A DNA stretch of 64,000 nt, taken from the NCBI GenBank assembly GCA_965153355.1, contig OZ231126.1, forward strand, positions 36,704,001-36,768,000, given 5' to 3'. The notes below the pieces were generated by a model. That model had not been told where the DNA came from. It saw nothing but the letters and a program-made list of their open reading frames with translations, and made no database searches. The translations under genes and the position numbers were made by a program. This DNA is from Flaccisagitta enflata. Lineage: Eukaryota. The first letter of the stretch is position 1. Each line of letters begins with the position of its first letter. Shown here one piece after another: positions 27,050 through 41,237 of this stretch.

Positions 27050-28468
27050 TCCATGTGTTTGTGTTTTAAAGTTTGAGCTGTTGGACCCCGACCAATAACT
27101 CAACCGGAAGCATTGTTGGGCATTTATCCCGCTAAGGCGATAAATGTATCTACTTAAGGCATTTCCATAAGATAAATTGATTGTTGTAGAATCGATATTT
27201 CAAATGTCATTTGATTAATTCCATTCATTTCAAGTTTATATCATCAATAAAATTAGACGATTTATAATCATATACAATATATTGTACCGGTGTGAGGAAA
27301 CACGGAAATACATTCTACGTTTCCTTATGTTACTCTCGATTATTATGACAGTTAAATTTGCTTAGATGACTTATGAGATCGATTTATAATTACGCTTTAC
27401 AATCGTTAACGCAGACACGACGCTATCAAACGGGATTTGCAGTTACAGCATTTTTCAAGATCTATTTTGATGACATAAATGGAAGTTAACAATAGAAAAG
27501 TTTTAATTGGGCACCAATCGGTTACGAGAATACTTGGAATGTAAATCTCTGCGGTGGTGTCACATTCGTCGTCATCAAACAAGTGACGCAGGGTTAGATG
27601 GGTGGGGCAGGGTTACAATGTCGTTACAGACGAGGGTAAGGGAGGGGGCAGGGGTGGAGATGCTTGTGTTTACACTTTTTGGATGGACAGACCGACGGAC
27701 GGATAAAGCCTTCCATAGAGTGGCGCGAGTCCGGGAGTGAAAAGCGCGTCTACGGACGATTACACTTGATCGATGAGGACGTTAGTCGTGAGCTGGTGAG
27801 CATGAGACCGGTGACAGAGAGACAGAGAGGGAGCGTCAAAAGAATGAATAGATAAGTAAAAAGGTTCAAGAGAAAATAAGAAAAAAATAAGAATGACACG
27901 AAAATGAAACAAAAGGGGAAAAAAAGGTTATTAGACCAGCGTCGCGTGCGTCGGCACATTCAGAAAAAGTTGAAAAGACAAACAGACAGAAAGATAGACC
28001 GGCTTAGATTCTTAAGACGAATTTGGAATCTATCTGCTCCCCGGAGTTTTTATCTTATGTTTATAAATATAGAAATCATGAAAAAATGCCTTTGTTGACA
28101 TCATTGTGACTGATGGACGGACCAACAGAGGGATAGACCAACGGACGGACCAAAAAGTCGCTTGTGGAGTCGGGTAGGAAGCGACTAATAACCAGATTGT
28201 GGTTTCAATAATTGATTGACAAGAAAACGTTCTGCCATTTGAAGCTACCTTTTTTTTCTCCCATTTTGGCCCCATTAACGCCTTAATTTGACCTCGTCAA
28301 GATCTTTTATGTCCCCTTCCATCAATGAGCTCTTTCATACTTTTTTTTCCTCCGTATTTATGTACGTAACGCGACACGAAATCAAACTACATTTCTCTCT
28401 CTGTCTCTCTCTGTCTCTCTCTATCCTTTTCTGTCTCTCTCTGTCTCTCTCTGTCTCTGTCTCTGTCC

Positions 28469-28553
<85 letters not shown>

Positions 28554-28968
28554 TCTGATCTTTATCTTCAAGGTCTCATCGATTTTATAAATCATGAATC
28601 AATTCATAAATTTCGATTTATCTCTCATTTGACCCTGCCTCTCTTGAAGACACATGTTCGCTTGCATCTTCAGAGACATTTAAGTGTTCTTATGTCCATC
28701 TCTTCCTCGTCACGGCGTCCTCACCCCGGGGAGGCGCAAGACATAACATCGTAACCAAACCGCGGTTCTACATAAAATCTCGATGGGCGGCCATATTTGA
28801 AGTGTCGGCCTCTGTCAGCGTAGAGGGCTTTGGAGGCCGGACTTAGAGGCCGGATTTGGGGGCTCCACTTTCGGCCGATTATTGGCCTGACGTTTGGACA
28901 ATTGATTTACAACGCGACAACCGCGCGAACGTGATGTTGAACTTGTTACTTTGTTAGTTGTAGTTGTT

Positions 28969-29064
<96 letters not shown>

Positions 29065-30198
29065 TGACATTTACTGGCAAATGATAAAGCAGGAATGTGC
29101 TGCTACGCACTAGCAAAAGTGACAACTCGCTTTCAGTTTTGAACATTGTTTAAGAAAATAGTTCATTAAGTACAGGCAGATAATGCTGCATATTCGGATA
29201 TCATTATTCAAATAAGGAATCGAGATTTTTGATACTGACGACCTGACGAGACCGGACTGTTTAACAAAACGATTAAACATATGCAATCATAAAAAACAAG
29301 CGATTTAAAGTTAACAAGGAGAAAACTTTGCCACTTGTTTCATAGAGCACAATTTTTTTTCTTATTCTTTTGTCTTTATTGTCTTTGTACAGTCATTGGG
29401 CAATTTCTTTGAAGAAATTACGACGTAATGAATCATTGATCTCATCTCTTTTCTGTCACAATTACGAAGAGATAGAATCTTAGTCCCAAAAGAAACCACT
29501 AAAATTGGACCACGTCTTCCCTGTCCGCCTCTTGATACAACCTCTCAATAACTCTTTTTTCCTAATCTACAATTGGATGACAAGTCGTCACAAAAGGAAT
29601 ATCCTCGGGGGAAACTGTAAAAACACGTCTCATTACGTAAAACTTGCACAGTGGTTTTGGGAATCTGACGAAAAACTGACCATTTTATTTTTTTTTAAAT
29701 TTTGTTTGCCGTTTCAAATATGTTTTGGTACAATAATAAAAACTGTGTTTAGTCGGATGAAGCATTTGATTTGTTGATTGATTGGTTGGTTGGTCTGTAG
29801 GACATTCAAATAACGACGTGCGATCTTTTGGGCATAAGTAAAATACTTTGGCTGTTAATAGTTCAGATATGATAATTCATTTTGGTTGCATGAAAACTGA
29901 TGTCACCATTCCCCAGCAATGCGCCGACCATTTCCTTAACTAAACTCAAAGGTTCATCCCTCAGTGCAACGAGGAGGAGGAGCTCGATGCGTTTATTAAT
30001 TCCCTCAAACTGGGCAATAAATGTATCGCCTCTTCTCTTTATATGTTTGATATCCTTCTTTATTGTACACGTTCTCTTTAAGGTACAAGTTGTCCGAAAG
30101 TTGTTGAAATTGTATCGCTGCTCCTTTCACGTCTTTGACTTTCTCACAATATTTTTGCTGCTTTCTTTTCTTTTGCATTTATTCTTTCTTTTCTTCTC

Positions 30199-30234
<36 letters not shown>

Positions 30235-30238
30235 TTTT

Positions 30239-30270
<32 letters not shown>

Positions 30271-31309
30271 TTTAGTTGCGGACACGCAACTCTATAAGAG
30301 GCTTTGTCCGTCCGTCCCACTAAGGGCCATAAGTTGAGCTAGATTGAGCATAGGGTGAAAATTCCTCATGTCTGCAATATGGCTGAAACACTGTAGAATA
30401 GTCATAGTTAGATAGGAGCTATCATTACCGGTCCATATGGCATCATATATGGCTATTTAGCAATGAAAAAGTCACCTTCTATGGTCTAAATCGAGAAAAT
30501 CGTGAAATTTCATGAAAAATTAGTGTATTTTACAAACATACTTTCTGACTACAGAAATGTATGTTTTTTGAAATTTTTTTTTTTAGTCCCCTCAATTAGT
30601 GTTAGATTGACTCAAACAAGTTGAAAACGAACACAATTATCATTTTTATAAACAAAAAAAATAGTCATTCAGAAACATGGCGGCCACCTCATTTGCATAT
30701 TGTCGTTACCCTAAGGCTAAAAAAAATCGCACCAATCCGCACCAAATGAGCATGATGCCAAAAGGTCCCTCAAAGGGTCCCTAATCAACGTTGCTATCTC
30801 CCGTTCCGCCCAATTCACCGCCAAAGACGGTTTTATCCACTCAAAATGAGGCTGAAAATCCTGAAAAAAAGCCAGAAAAAGAGAATTTTCTCTGTTTCCG
30901 CTCATCTGAACTCCTTCTCTCTAGCTGTATATTTCTTTCTGTACATCTAATACTTCTGTTTTTCTCCCTCCTCTTTTTCTTCCTTTCCTTGTTCCTCTTC
31001 TCCTTCTTCTTCCCCTTCTTCTTCTTCCCCTTCTTCTTCTTCTTCTTCTTCTTCTTCTTCTTCTTCTTCTTCTTCTTCTTCTTCTTCTTCTTCTTCTTCT
31101 TCTTCTTCTTCCTTTTCTTTTTTTTTCCTCGAACTCTTCGTCCATTCTTGATGGCTGTTGTACATTCTACTTTGATTGACAGATGATGATTGTTCTCAAC
31201 ATTTCTTCAACTTATTGTCTTAATCCTTATCTTGTCTTTATCATCCCCCTCTTACAACTCCTAGGCCCTCGCAGCTTCCGATTCAAGAACACATCAATTC
31301 GTCTTTTCC

Positions 31310-32189
31310 TTTTGGGCAGCGGCCCCGGAGGGGCCGATGACCTATGATTCCACATAGGGCAAATTTTCCGGTTTCCGTCCGTCCGTCCATCCGTCTGTCC
31401 CCCCCCAACCTAGAAAATAACCTCCTGGGCCTCAAAATAGGCCTTTCAGACCCCCAATCAGGCCTATCAGATCCCAAATCAGAGCTTCCAGACCCTAATC
31501 TAGGCCTCTCAGGACCTCAATCAGGCCTATCATATCCCAAATCAAGCCTTCCAGACCTGAATTTAGGCCTCTCAGAGCCTCAATAAGGCCTGTCAGACCC
31601 CAAGTCAGGCTTTCCAGACCTCAAATTAGGCCTCCTGAATCCTAACCAGGCCTCTAAGAACCCCAATCAGGCCTTTCAGATCTAAAATCAGGCCTTGACA
31701 GACCCCTTATCAGGCCTTTTGAGCCTCTGATCAGGCCATCCAGACCTCAAATCAGGCCTCTCAGACCCTAATTCAGGCATTTTAGTACTTAATTCAGTTC
31801 TCTCAGATCCAAATCTGGCCTTTCAAACCCAAAATCAGATCTTTGAGACCTCAAACTAGGCCTATCAGTCCCACATCAGCCCTTCCCAGCCTACAAACAG
31901 GCCTCCGACCCTGAATTAGACCCAAGATCAGGCCTCTAAGCTCCAAAACAAGCTTCTGAAACCACTCAGACCTCAAATCAAGCATCTTAGACCTTAAATC
32001 AGGCAACTAAGACCTCAAATCAGGCTATTTAGACCCAAAATTAGGTTTTAAAGACCCAGCAATTGTCCAGCATGGAATCATAGGTCAGCGGCCCCTCCGG
32101 GGCCGCTGCCCCACTCATCATCTAATAACAAAATAAACTAACATAGGGGCATCGGGTACCGCTGACCATGTAACGCTTTTGCGACTATT
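31310..32189 (+). mobile_element. HINE-like family C with an internal 21-bp minisatellite (about 30 units)
   Basis: 5' gggcagcggcccc and subterminal inverted ggggccgctgccc (~32099-32111). ggcctNtcagaccccaaatca array from ~31428 to 32060. Shares the 3' end of 4434-4996. Confidence 0.8.
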
Positions 32190-33097
32190 AATTTTACATT
32201 TTCTTCTCGTTCTCTTGTTCTTTTTGTTCTTCATCCTTTCCGTTGTCTTCTTTTCTTCTCCTTCTCCTTCTCCTTCTCCTTCTTCTTCTTCTTCTTCGTC
32301 TTCTTCTTCTTCTCCTTCTTCTTTTCCTTCTTCTCTCTTTAATTCTTCTTCCTCTTTTTTGTTACCTTTTCTTCTTTTCCTTCTTCTTCTCTTCATTTTC
32401 GACATTGTTTTTTATTCTTCTTCTTCTTTTTTTTTTCCTTCTTCTTCATCTTCTTCCTCTTCTTCCAAGTCCAGAATGCTAATGAAAGACCAGATATATT
32501 CTATATAGTAAAGCTAATCAAATAATTGATGAAAAAAAAATCAACTTTGCAAACACAAAAATGTCGCCAGCATTAATCCTATGACAAAACTTGAACTTTG
32601 CAATCTTGGCAAAAAATGCATACTGGATTATTTGTGGCGAGATTTTCTGCCTAAGCCTGTGATTGGTCAATCAGCGCTTAGATCCAGAAAGTGCGCAAAA
32701 ATCTCGCCAGCAATAATCCGATTCCGAAATTAGAAAGTAAAAAACAAAAGACATAAGCATGAAATGTCATGATGTCGCAATACCTCATTTGCATATTGTA
32801 GTTTAAAAAAATGTTTCATACAGTTTCATTCAAATGTGGTTATACAAAAATACTTAAAAAAAAAGAAAAGAGAATTTGAAAAAAAACTCGTTTAGTTAGC
32901 TGGTTGGAAGTCTTATATCAAGGGCGAGTAACAAAATTCTTAAAAACATGGATTTTGTTTATTTGGTATTATTGGGTCAAGAAAAATCACTATATGTCTT
33001 GCAAGAAGCAAGAAGCAAGAAGCAAGAAGCAAGAAGCCTCACCATCACAGCTCTCCAGTGCCCGACCTGTCTTGTGACGGCGGTGAAACACTTTCTT

Positions 33098-33144
<47 letters not shown>

Positions 33145-33911
33145 AATAATTTAACATTTACTGAAGCCAAATTATGTTTATCAAATTTTCATGAAAAATC
33201 AAGTGAAGAAAATGAGCTGAATGAGCTAAATGAGCAGGAAAATGAGTTCTTATGAACATTGAATTAAAAAACCTCATATTCAAGAGCTATACTTTGTGTG
33301 TTTTTAGTTAACTGTATAGCATTTACTTTCAATAATTAATATAACAAAAAGGTGATTTCTATTGGATTTTCTTCTATATTTCTTTCCTGTATCATCAGCT
33401 TGTAAGCCTTTAAAATCAGTAAAAATGAGTCACTATTTTGTGAAAAAAGCACACAATGTCTAAAAATATGCAGAAAAATGTTGTTTTATACATTTGTGTG
33501 CTTTTGAGCGATGTGAAATGAAAATATGTAAGGTAAACCCTCAATGCGCAGTCTAGCACACATTTTGGCCCACAGTGCGTCCGTCCGTCAGCACCAGTCG
33601 AAGAGTAGGAAAACACGCATATCTGCCCCTGCCCACCCGTCCGCAACTGGTGGCCGTGTATCCGGCCTTGTTTTATTCTTTCTTTCTTTCTAGCATCTTT
33701 TCAAGCATTCTTCCTTTCTTTCTTTCCCTTTCTCAACCAGTTTCAAACTGATTGCATTGTGTTTCTCACTGGGCGACCAACTTTAAAAGAGGGGACTCAA
33801 TTTGCGCGGTGGTGCCTTGTTTGTATGCACTTGAATTCTCTTTTAGGTATTGTCATACTCGTATGCTACCTGTAGCATCTAGTCTGATACTTATCCATCC
33901 CGCCAAAGTCT

Positions 33912-33964
<53 letters not shown>

Positions 33965-34051
33965 AGATGACATTTACGATGACTCGATGGGTTAAAGACA
34001 AGCAATGTTTATGATTCGTTGCGCGATGATCGTAGACGTTGATAACGCAGC

Positions 34052-34135
<84 letters not shown>

Positions 34136-35504
34136 CCAATTAATATTTCCGCATTTGCGATCAGTGATGTGGAATAACGAAAGGATAGAAGGCGCTCCCT
34201 CTTTCTGCTTCCTAGATCCCTGGGTTTATCCTCTTTATCCTTACGTTTCATAACTGTGAATTCCCTTTCCATCAATTCATAAATTTGAAATATTGGTCTC
34301 ACCTCGTCGACCTGATCGGCCTTAAGACCTCTTTGCGGTGGTCAATGCGTTCAAAATTGGATATCACCGTCAATCATTCTTTTAACGATGGGAAAATTTA
34401 TGAATGGCAGTTAGTAGAACCAGAAGCAGAGTTCAATTTCATTTGAGCAAAGATGATATGATGTATTTCGTTACAATTGCGTGCGTTTGTGTAATAGTAT
34501 GGACATGGTCTGAAAAGCGTGTTGTGTTTCCTTCAATCGAGAATGTATGAAACCTCTTTATTATTGAATTTTTTTTCGCTTTTTATTCACTTTTTGGCGT
34601 GATTATCAAGTTAAGATGACACTTCCATTATCACAATGACATGCTTATTTGGGTAGAACTTTGATGCGTTCCATAAGGCTTTCTCCTAGTGATTTCATTT
34701 GGCTAACGCTTACTGTTCAAAGAGAGAAAAGCATAGCAAGGATAGAACGTAATTCACAAAGCGCATATCACGAGGTTGAAATGGGTTTTCGACACTGAAT
34801 CTCATGGAACGACAATGGGCAGATAGACCGAAAGACTGGAAGACGGAAAATCGCACAAACACACGCCATGAAAAAAAGACGAGTGTAAATAAACACAAGC
34901 GCATAAAAGGAGTTCAAGGGTGAAAAGATTCAAAAAGAGGCGTAAGCTGGTTTGCCAGCTTTGGACTGGTTATTTGCAAACTTTGCATTGCAAAGGAGGC
35001 GTTTCTCTCATCTGGCTTTACAATCGTCCATCGCTTCGAAGGCGGATGATCTGGTAGAATCTGGCAATGATCTTCTCTTGATCTGCCATTGGTCTACCCA
35101 TGATCTTTCCTTGATCTTCCCTTGATCTGCCATTGATCTTCCTATAAACTGCCGTTGAGCTGTCACTGATAGGTCGATCGCCGGTGATCCAGGTCAATAG
35201 ACCATCCACGTGAGTTAATCAACCTTCACGAATTCAATTTGCATGTGCCGAGCCGAGCCCTATTCAATAAAAGGATTTGGGGCTATAAAACAGCTGAGTG
35301 ACATGACGATCCGATGGTCTTTGTCATCATCTTATGAGCGCCGAGATACTTAATAGGGCATCGGAGCGAATCATGCGGGAGAACGGAAATGCAAAAGGTG
35401 ATGATAAGTCAGTCTAAGAATGAGCAGATGAGCAGGATGAGCTGGTTGTAGATGGTCAAAGTGTGTTTAAGCTGCCAACCTGGAAACCAAACTTATGTCT
35501 TAAA

Positions 35505-35535
<31 letters not shown>

Positions 35536-35648
35536 AAGAAGAAGAAGAAGAAGAAGAAGAAGAAGAAGAAGAAGAAGAAGAAGAAGAGAAGGAGGAAGAA
35601 GAAAAAGAAGAAAAAAGATGAGGCAAATGAGACTATCGATTACTTTTG

Positions 35649-35693
<45 letters not shown>

Positions 35694-36168
35694 TATGTTC
35701 CGATGCCGCAGTTGGGTTAAGATTAAGGAAAGCAAAAGAGAGAAACTTATTTTTTTACTTTCTCGAATCTGAAATCTGTCTCTCACCCTCCGAGTCCAAC
35801 GTCAATCAAACGGCGATAAGCCGAAGGGAAAAGTAAACAAAATCAGGTCTGGATTAATTTGGTCTCTTTCTCTCTTTCTCTCTCTTTCCGAGCATTTAAA
35901 TGAAAAAGTCGCCCGAAATTGAAATAACAAAGTATCAAAGGAGCTCGGTATGAAACGTCAACAAACATCATCACCAAAAACCACCTAAACAAGGGAGAAG
36001 GTTTCGGGGTTTCGGGGTTCCGAGCTTCACCTCCGGTGGCAAGTGAAGGACGTTGAAATATTGACAATGCATAAATCCATCTATGGTATTGTCTAGTGAG
36101 TGTCTCTGTCCCGCTTTCAGTTTATTTGTGAATTCATAAAATGTCTATATGTCGGTCTTGCTGTGTAT

Positions 36169-36243
<75 letters not shown>

Positions 36244-36435
36244 CTTCCAGGCTATCAAAACGAGGGAAGGGTACTAGGTTCTCCTGTCTTTCATCGTGTC
36301 TTTATATCCTGAAAATTCGCTTCATTTATTTGTTTACTTTTCTCTTCACTGCATTTTAACGAGCTTGCTAGTAGCGCCCCCTTTGGGACTCTGACCTTTA
36401 TTTGATGCCGTTTTAATTTGCTCGGGAACTGGGTA

Positions 36436-36495
<60 letters not shown>

Positions 36496-36523
36496 CCATA
36501 CCTCTAGTCTCTCAGTCTTTCTA

Positions 36524-37190
36524 TCTCTTAATCGGGAAAAAAGTCGAAGTCTGTCTCGACTTTTTGACATATTCGAGAGAAACAGGGTTTTCATTTTTTA
36601 TGCGAAATTCCGCTCTCTTAATGGGCCCTCCAATGAAATTGATAGGGTAAGTAAATTTGATACCTTTTATTTGGCGCCAACAGAATGCTCTACGACAAAT
36701 ACTTTTACATATGATTTTTAAAGATTTATTTATTAAAAATTTAATGGAATTTTTTTATTTTTCTTTATTTTGTAGGATCACAAAGGAGTGTATTTATGTT
36801 ACTTGATCATGAAAATACATACAAAAATGCATGAGCACAGCTGCTCATAGGAGTGTTTGAGCATTTTAGCTCATTAAGCTCACTTAGCTTGCTTTTTTTC
36901 TTTGATTTTAAACAGGATTAAAAAGATGATTTGATTTAAGCATACAAATACAAGAAAGCATGTCAGTGAGCAAAGCTGGTTGTCTGGTTGAATTATTTTG
37001 AATATTTCAGCTCATCTAGCTCATTTGACTCAGTCCTATTACTCTCTGATTTTCAGTACAACCAATGCAAACAATTACTTTTGATTTGATCTGACAAATA
37101 CAAAAAATTCAGTGACTGAAGATAAAAGTATGGTGAAAAGTCACCAGTGCTTATGACTTTTTTCCTCACGGCGACAACAGCCATTACTGG
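36524..37190 (+). mobile_element. Non-autonomous Helitron (family D), single copy
   Basis: a|TCtcttaatcgggaaaaaagtcgaag ... cggcgacaacagccattaCTGG|t. Colinear with 766-1588. Confidence 0.75.
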
Positions 37191-37829
37191 TATACCTCCC
37201 CTCTTTGGTCCCCTCTTCGCTCCCCTCTTTCTAAACCTCGCTCTACCTTTCCTCCAGCTAGTCTTCCTCACTCTTTGGTTTTTGCCAGTTTTATGCGGAG
37301 TTTTATGTTCGTTTGCGTTAGACTTGAATGAATTGACTCGACCCTGCTTTAGCAGAGGGATGGAAAGCAAAGAAGTAAAGAAAAGGTAAACAAGACTTGG
37401 CTACTATGTCGTTTTTCGAAAGTCAAACATTTCTAACTTCTGACCGAGTTACTTTTTAAACAATGAGAATACTTAAGGATGGACAAGTTCTGAGTCAGTA
37501 TTCGGAATATTTACTGTTGAAAGATCACTGTTTCAATGGAATGAATATTTGTTATAATAGCGTTGGTTTGTTGCTCTGATTCTATAAAATGGTTTTGCGC
37601 AAATAGAACATGGTACGGACTTAATGGTGACGTATGAGACATATCGTCAATTTTCATAGGTTAGATCAGTGTGAAGAATGATCATTGATCAGTATATAGA
37701 TTAAGATTGCCCACGATAATGGTTACTGGGATTTCTAGCTTGAGGATTTGGATTTTCGCTGGTATTCGTTGGATTTAAAATGGCTTAATCGCATCCCCCA
37801 TTTACACCAAATGGATCACTTTTACTTTC

Positions 37830-37907
<78 letters not shown>

Positions 37908-38587
37908 TCATGCACATGTGCGTGCGCAAAAGTAGAGACACACGTACTTCCCACGTATGAAGCGCACAGTCGAGTCACAGACAGAGATAAAAGAGGATAA
38001 ATGAGAGTGACTTGGAGCGTATTGTCAAATACAGCAGTGAGATGAATTGAGCAAAGGTAAAAACTCTCTAATGGTGTGGACAGTGAAGTTACTCAAAAAG
38101 ATGTAACTAGTTGGTTAAACTCTAGACCACGGATAGACCATGTAAATGTTTTATAACCAGCATAGGAGGAAACCTTTTGATAAATCTCAAGAATAATACA
38201 CAAAAGGGAGACCATGGATTTTTTCCTGTAGCTTTTTATCGTTGCTTTGTAGTAAAACAAGGGAAAAACAAACTCACAAAACAAAAGCATGGGAAGGTGA
38301 GAGAAAGGAAAGATATTGCAAAAAAGTTGAAAAATAAGACAGGCGTAGGATTGTTTGGGGGGGTTAGGGGAGGGAAGGTAGTCAGTCTGACGGCCAAATG
38401 CGTTGTTTTACGAGAGAACCTAATTGAGAAAATGAGAACGAAAGCGTTTTTACAACCCAAAACAACCCAACGCGTTTAACAGTTAAACGTCGAACCAACG
38501 GCGGAAAAAAAGAGAGAAAAAAACGCCAAGAATGATTGGATGGCAACGGTCTGGTAGGGATCCATCCAAGAGAATAGTGGAAGCAAA

Positions 38588-38707
<120 letters not shown>

Positions 38708-38906
38708 GTGGGCAGCCACAAAAGAAAGAACAGAAGAAAGGATGAAAGAGAGGATGAAAGAAAAAAGAAACAAACAAACAAAGGAAGAACGAAAGCAATC
38801 AACAATGGCAGAAAGGAATTACTAATGAAAGAAGAGCAGCAACAAAGAAAGATAGACAGAAAAAAAGCAACAAAGAATGAAAAAAAAGCAACAAAGAAAG
38901 AAAGAG

Positions 38907-38968
<62 letters not shown>

Positions 38969-39959
38969 CAAAAAAGAAAGAAGTTGATAGGGATTGGAAC
39001 ATACACAATACATTCTCTTGAAAAAAAATTTTCATTGAAATATATGGGGGGACAAGACATCTACCAAAAGACGGACAGACAGAACAAAATGTCTCTTAAC
39101 ATCAAAGATGAAGCGAACTTAAAAAGAAAAGTAGAAATGGTAAAGCCATTGACGTAACTACATCCGTTTGAACAAGTTGGAATGGAGGAAAAGATCTGAG
39201 GATTTATATGAATTTATGATCGGCAGTTTTAAAAAAGCCTCATGTGTACACTTGGTAGACGGTCATATTTGCAAAGCGTCTTGCCACTTGGAAGAAGAAG
39301 ATGGTCGTTTTTTTATGATAATATCTTTTTTTTTACAATTCTGTTCTTTCTTGGCTCTTCTTAGATTTGTTTTAAAAAGGTAAAAAAAGAAATCGGAGTA
39401 TGTAATCCCAGATGGACTTATCTAAGGACAGTGATGCGCCACTTTTTCTCTGAAGCTAAATAGGTTCTTCGGTATTGACAGTTTCTGGTTTATATCGGAG
39501 GACAAATGATACACCCCAAACTGCGCAACTTTGCCGGACCGACGGACCGATTTACCAACTCACTGACATTTATCTAGTCCATTTGACTTGAATCAATGTA
39601 ATTCGTGTGTGTACAATCTAAAATCGGATCTTGGCGAAAATCGAGTTGAATGGAATCGACCAAAAGGTCGTCACTCATAATAAACTTCGATCTACAAATG
39701 CCATTACCTCTCTTTTTTTGCTTTTTCTCTCTATATCTCTCCTTGGAATGCGTGCCGGATGAGATTATAAATTATAATCGTATTTACGCGAATGGATTTG
39801 ATCGGGATGGGAGGATCCGCCCACAGAGCAAATACTATCAAATGTAATAAATATTTTTGACGAACATTGATTAAGAGCAAGGCCTTGACAGTGGAGCGCC
39901 GATGAGCCTTTAAATCCTGGTGGGATCGCTCTCCGATTCTTGGCATCGCGTACGTACTT

Positions 39960-40030
<71 letters not shown>

Positions 40031-41161
40031 ATCCTCTGGTCCTTATCATCATGATCATCGTTTGTTGTTGCATGATAGATTTCGCGTCTCATTAAAAGCG
40101 CTTAGCATCGCTTGACTAAATCGAAAAATTATGACAAAGACTCAGTTTGTGTCAAGTTGCTGTCGGCTATCAGTTTTGTGTGGCTAGGAGGGGCGAGGGT
40201 CAGTATTCAGGGCGGGTTCCCGCGCAGAAGAGGCCAGAGTGGGAAGCGGCGTGGAAGGTCGAAGGCTGGGCAGAATATAATTGTGCCTCCCAGAATTGGA
40301 AGCCGTGTGGAGGGCAGGATGAATGACGGCAGTGGTGCCTCCCAATTGGCTACACGCGTTCTCTGCGACCAGCCATTTCAAGGTGAATGGAACCAACGGA
40401 CGTACACACTTACACACTTATCTTCCTCACAGGTGGAAATGAGTCTCGGTGGTCAAACATTGATGTTTAATAAGCAGAGACGAAATGAGTAAGGATGAAG
40501 AAAAGAGCGAGGAGGAAGGGAAGAACAAGCATGCCGATGAATTTGAATTAGATTTTGAATTAGCGGAAGAAAAACAAAAAAGGGAACTCCGTTTAAGACA
40601 CGATTTTCTCTTCGCTGCACGTTTCTTTTTCTTTTTTCTATTATTCTTTTACTCTTTTTCTCTTTCTTTCTTCTTTTTTTGGCGTCGATGGAACAAAAAT
40701 GACAGAGAAACCATTATGCCAAGTTTCTCGTTAAGTTTATTTTTCTCGTTATATTTAAACGAGGAACTATTTTCCTCTACATTTGTCTATCGTTTTTAGC
40801 AGGTTTTTTTTTATACAAATTTTTCTATTTCATTTCTCTCTTGATTCGGTCTCTTGTCTTGTTCTTCGGTGTTTATCCACTATTTCTCTCTCAAAGCGCC
40901 ATCATGAGGTACTACTTAGATTCAAATGGGTGGCTAGAGCTCTGGAGTATATCTTCTTCTTCAGCTTTATTCAGCGAATCACATAGTGGTTTGTAAACAG
41001 TTTTCAAGTCTATCCACTAGGCTTAATGCGGTGATGTGAAACAGGAGCATTAATCTAAGCCTCTACTTGTTCTGGTGTTCTGGTGTGTATGTGTGTGTCT
41101 CTCTCTTTGCATCCTCATCAGTTTGTCTGTCTGACTTTCGTTCTATCCGATTGTTTTTCCC

Positions 41162-41237
<76 letters not shown>

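Noticed and set aside
31428..32060. Regularly spaced repeats resembling a CRISPR array
   Set aside because: The 21-bp units are contiguous with no unique spacers, there are no cas genes, and the context is eukaryotic.
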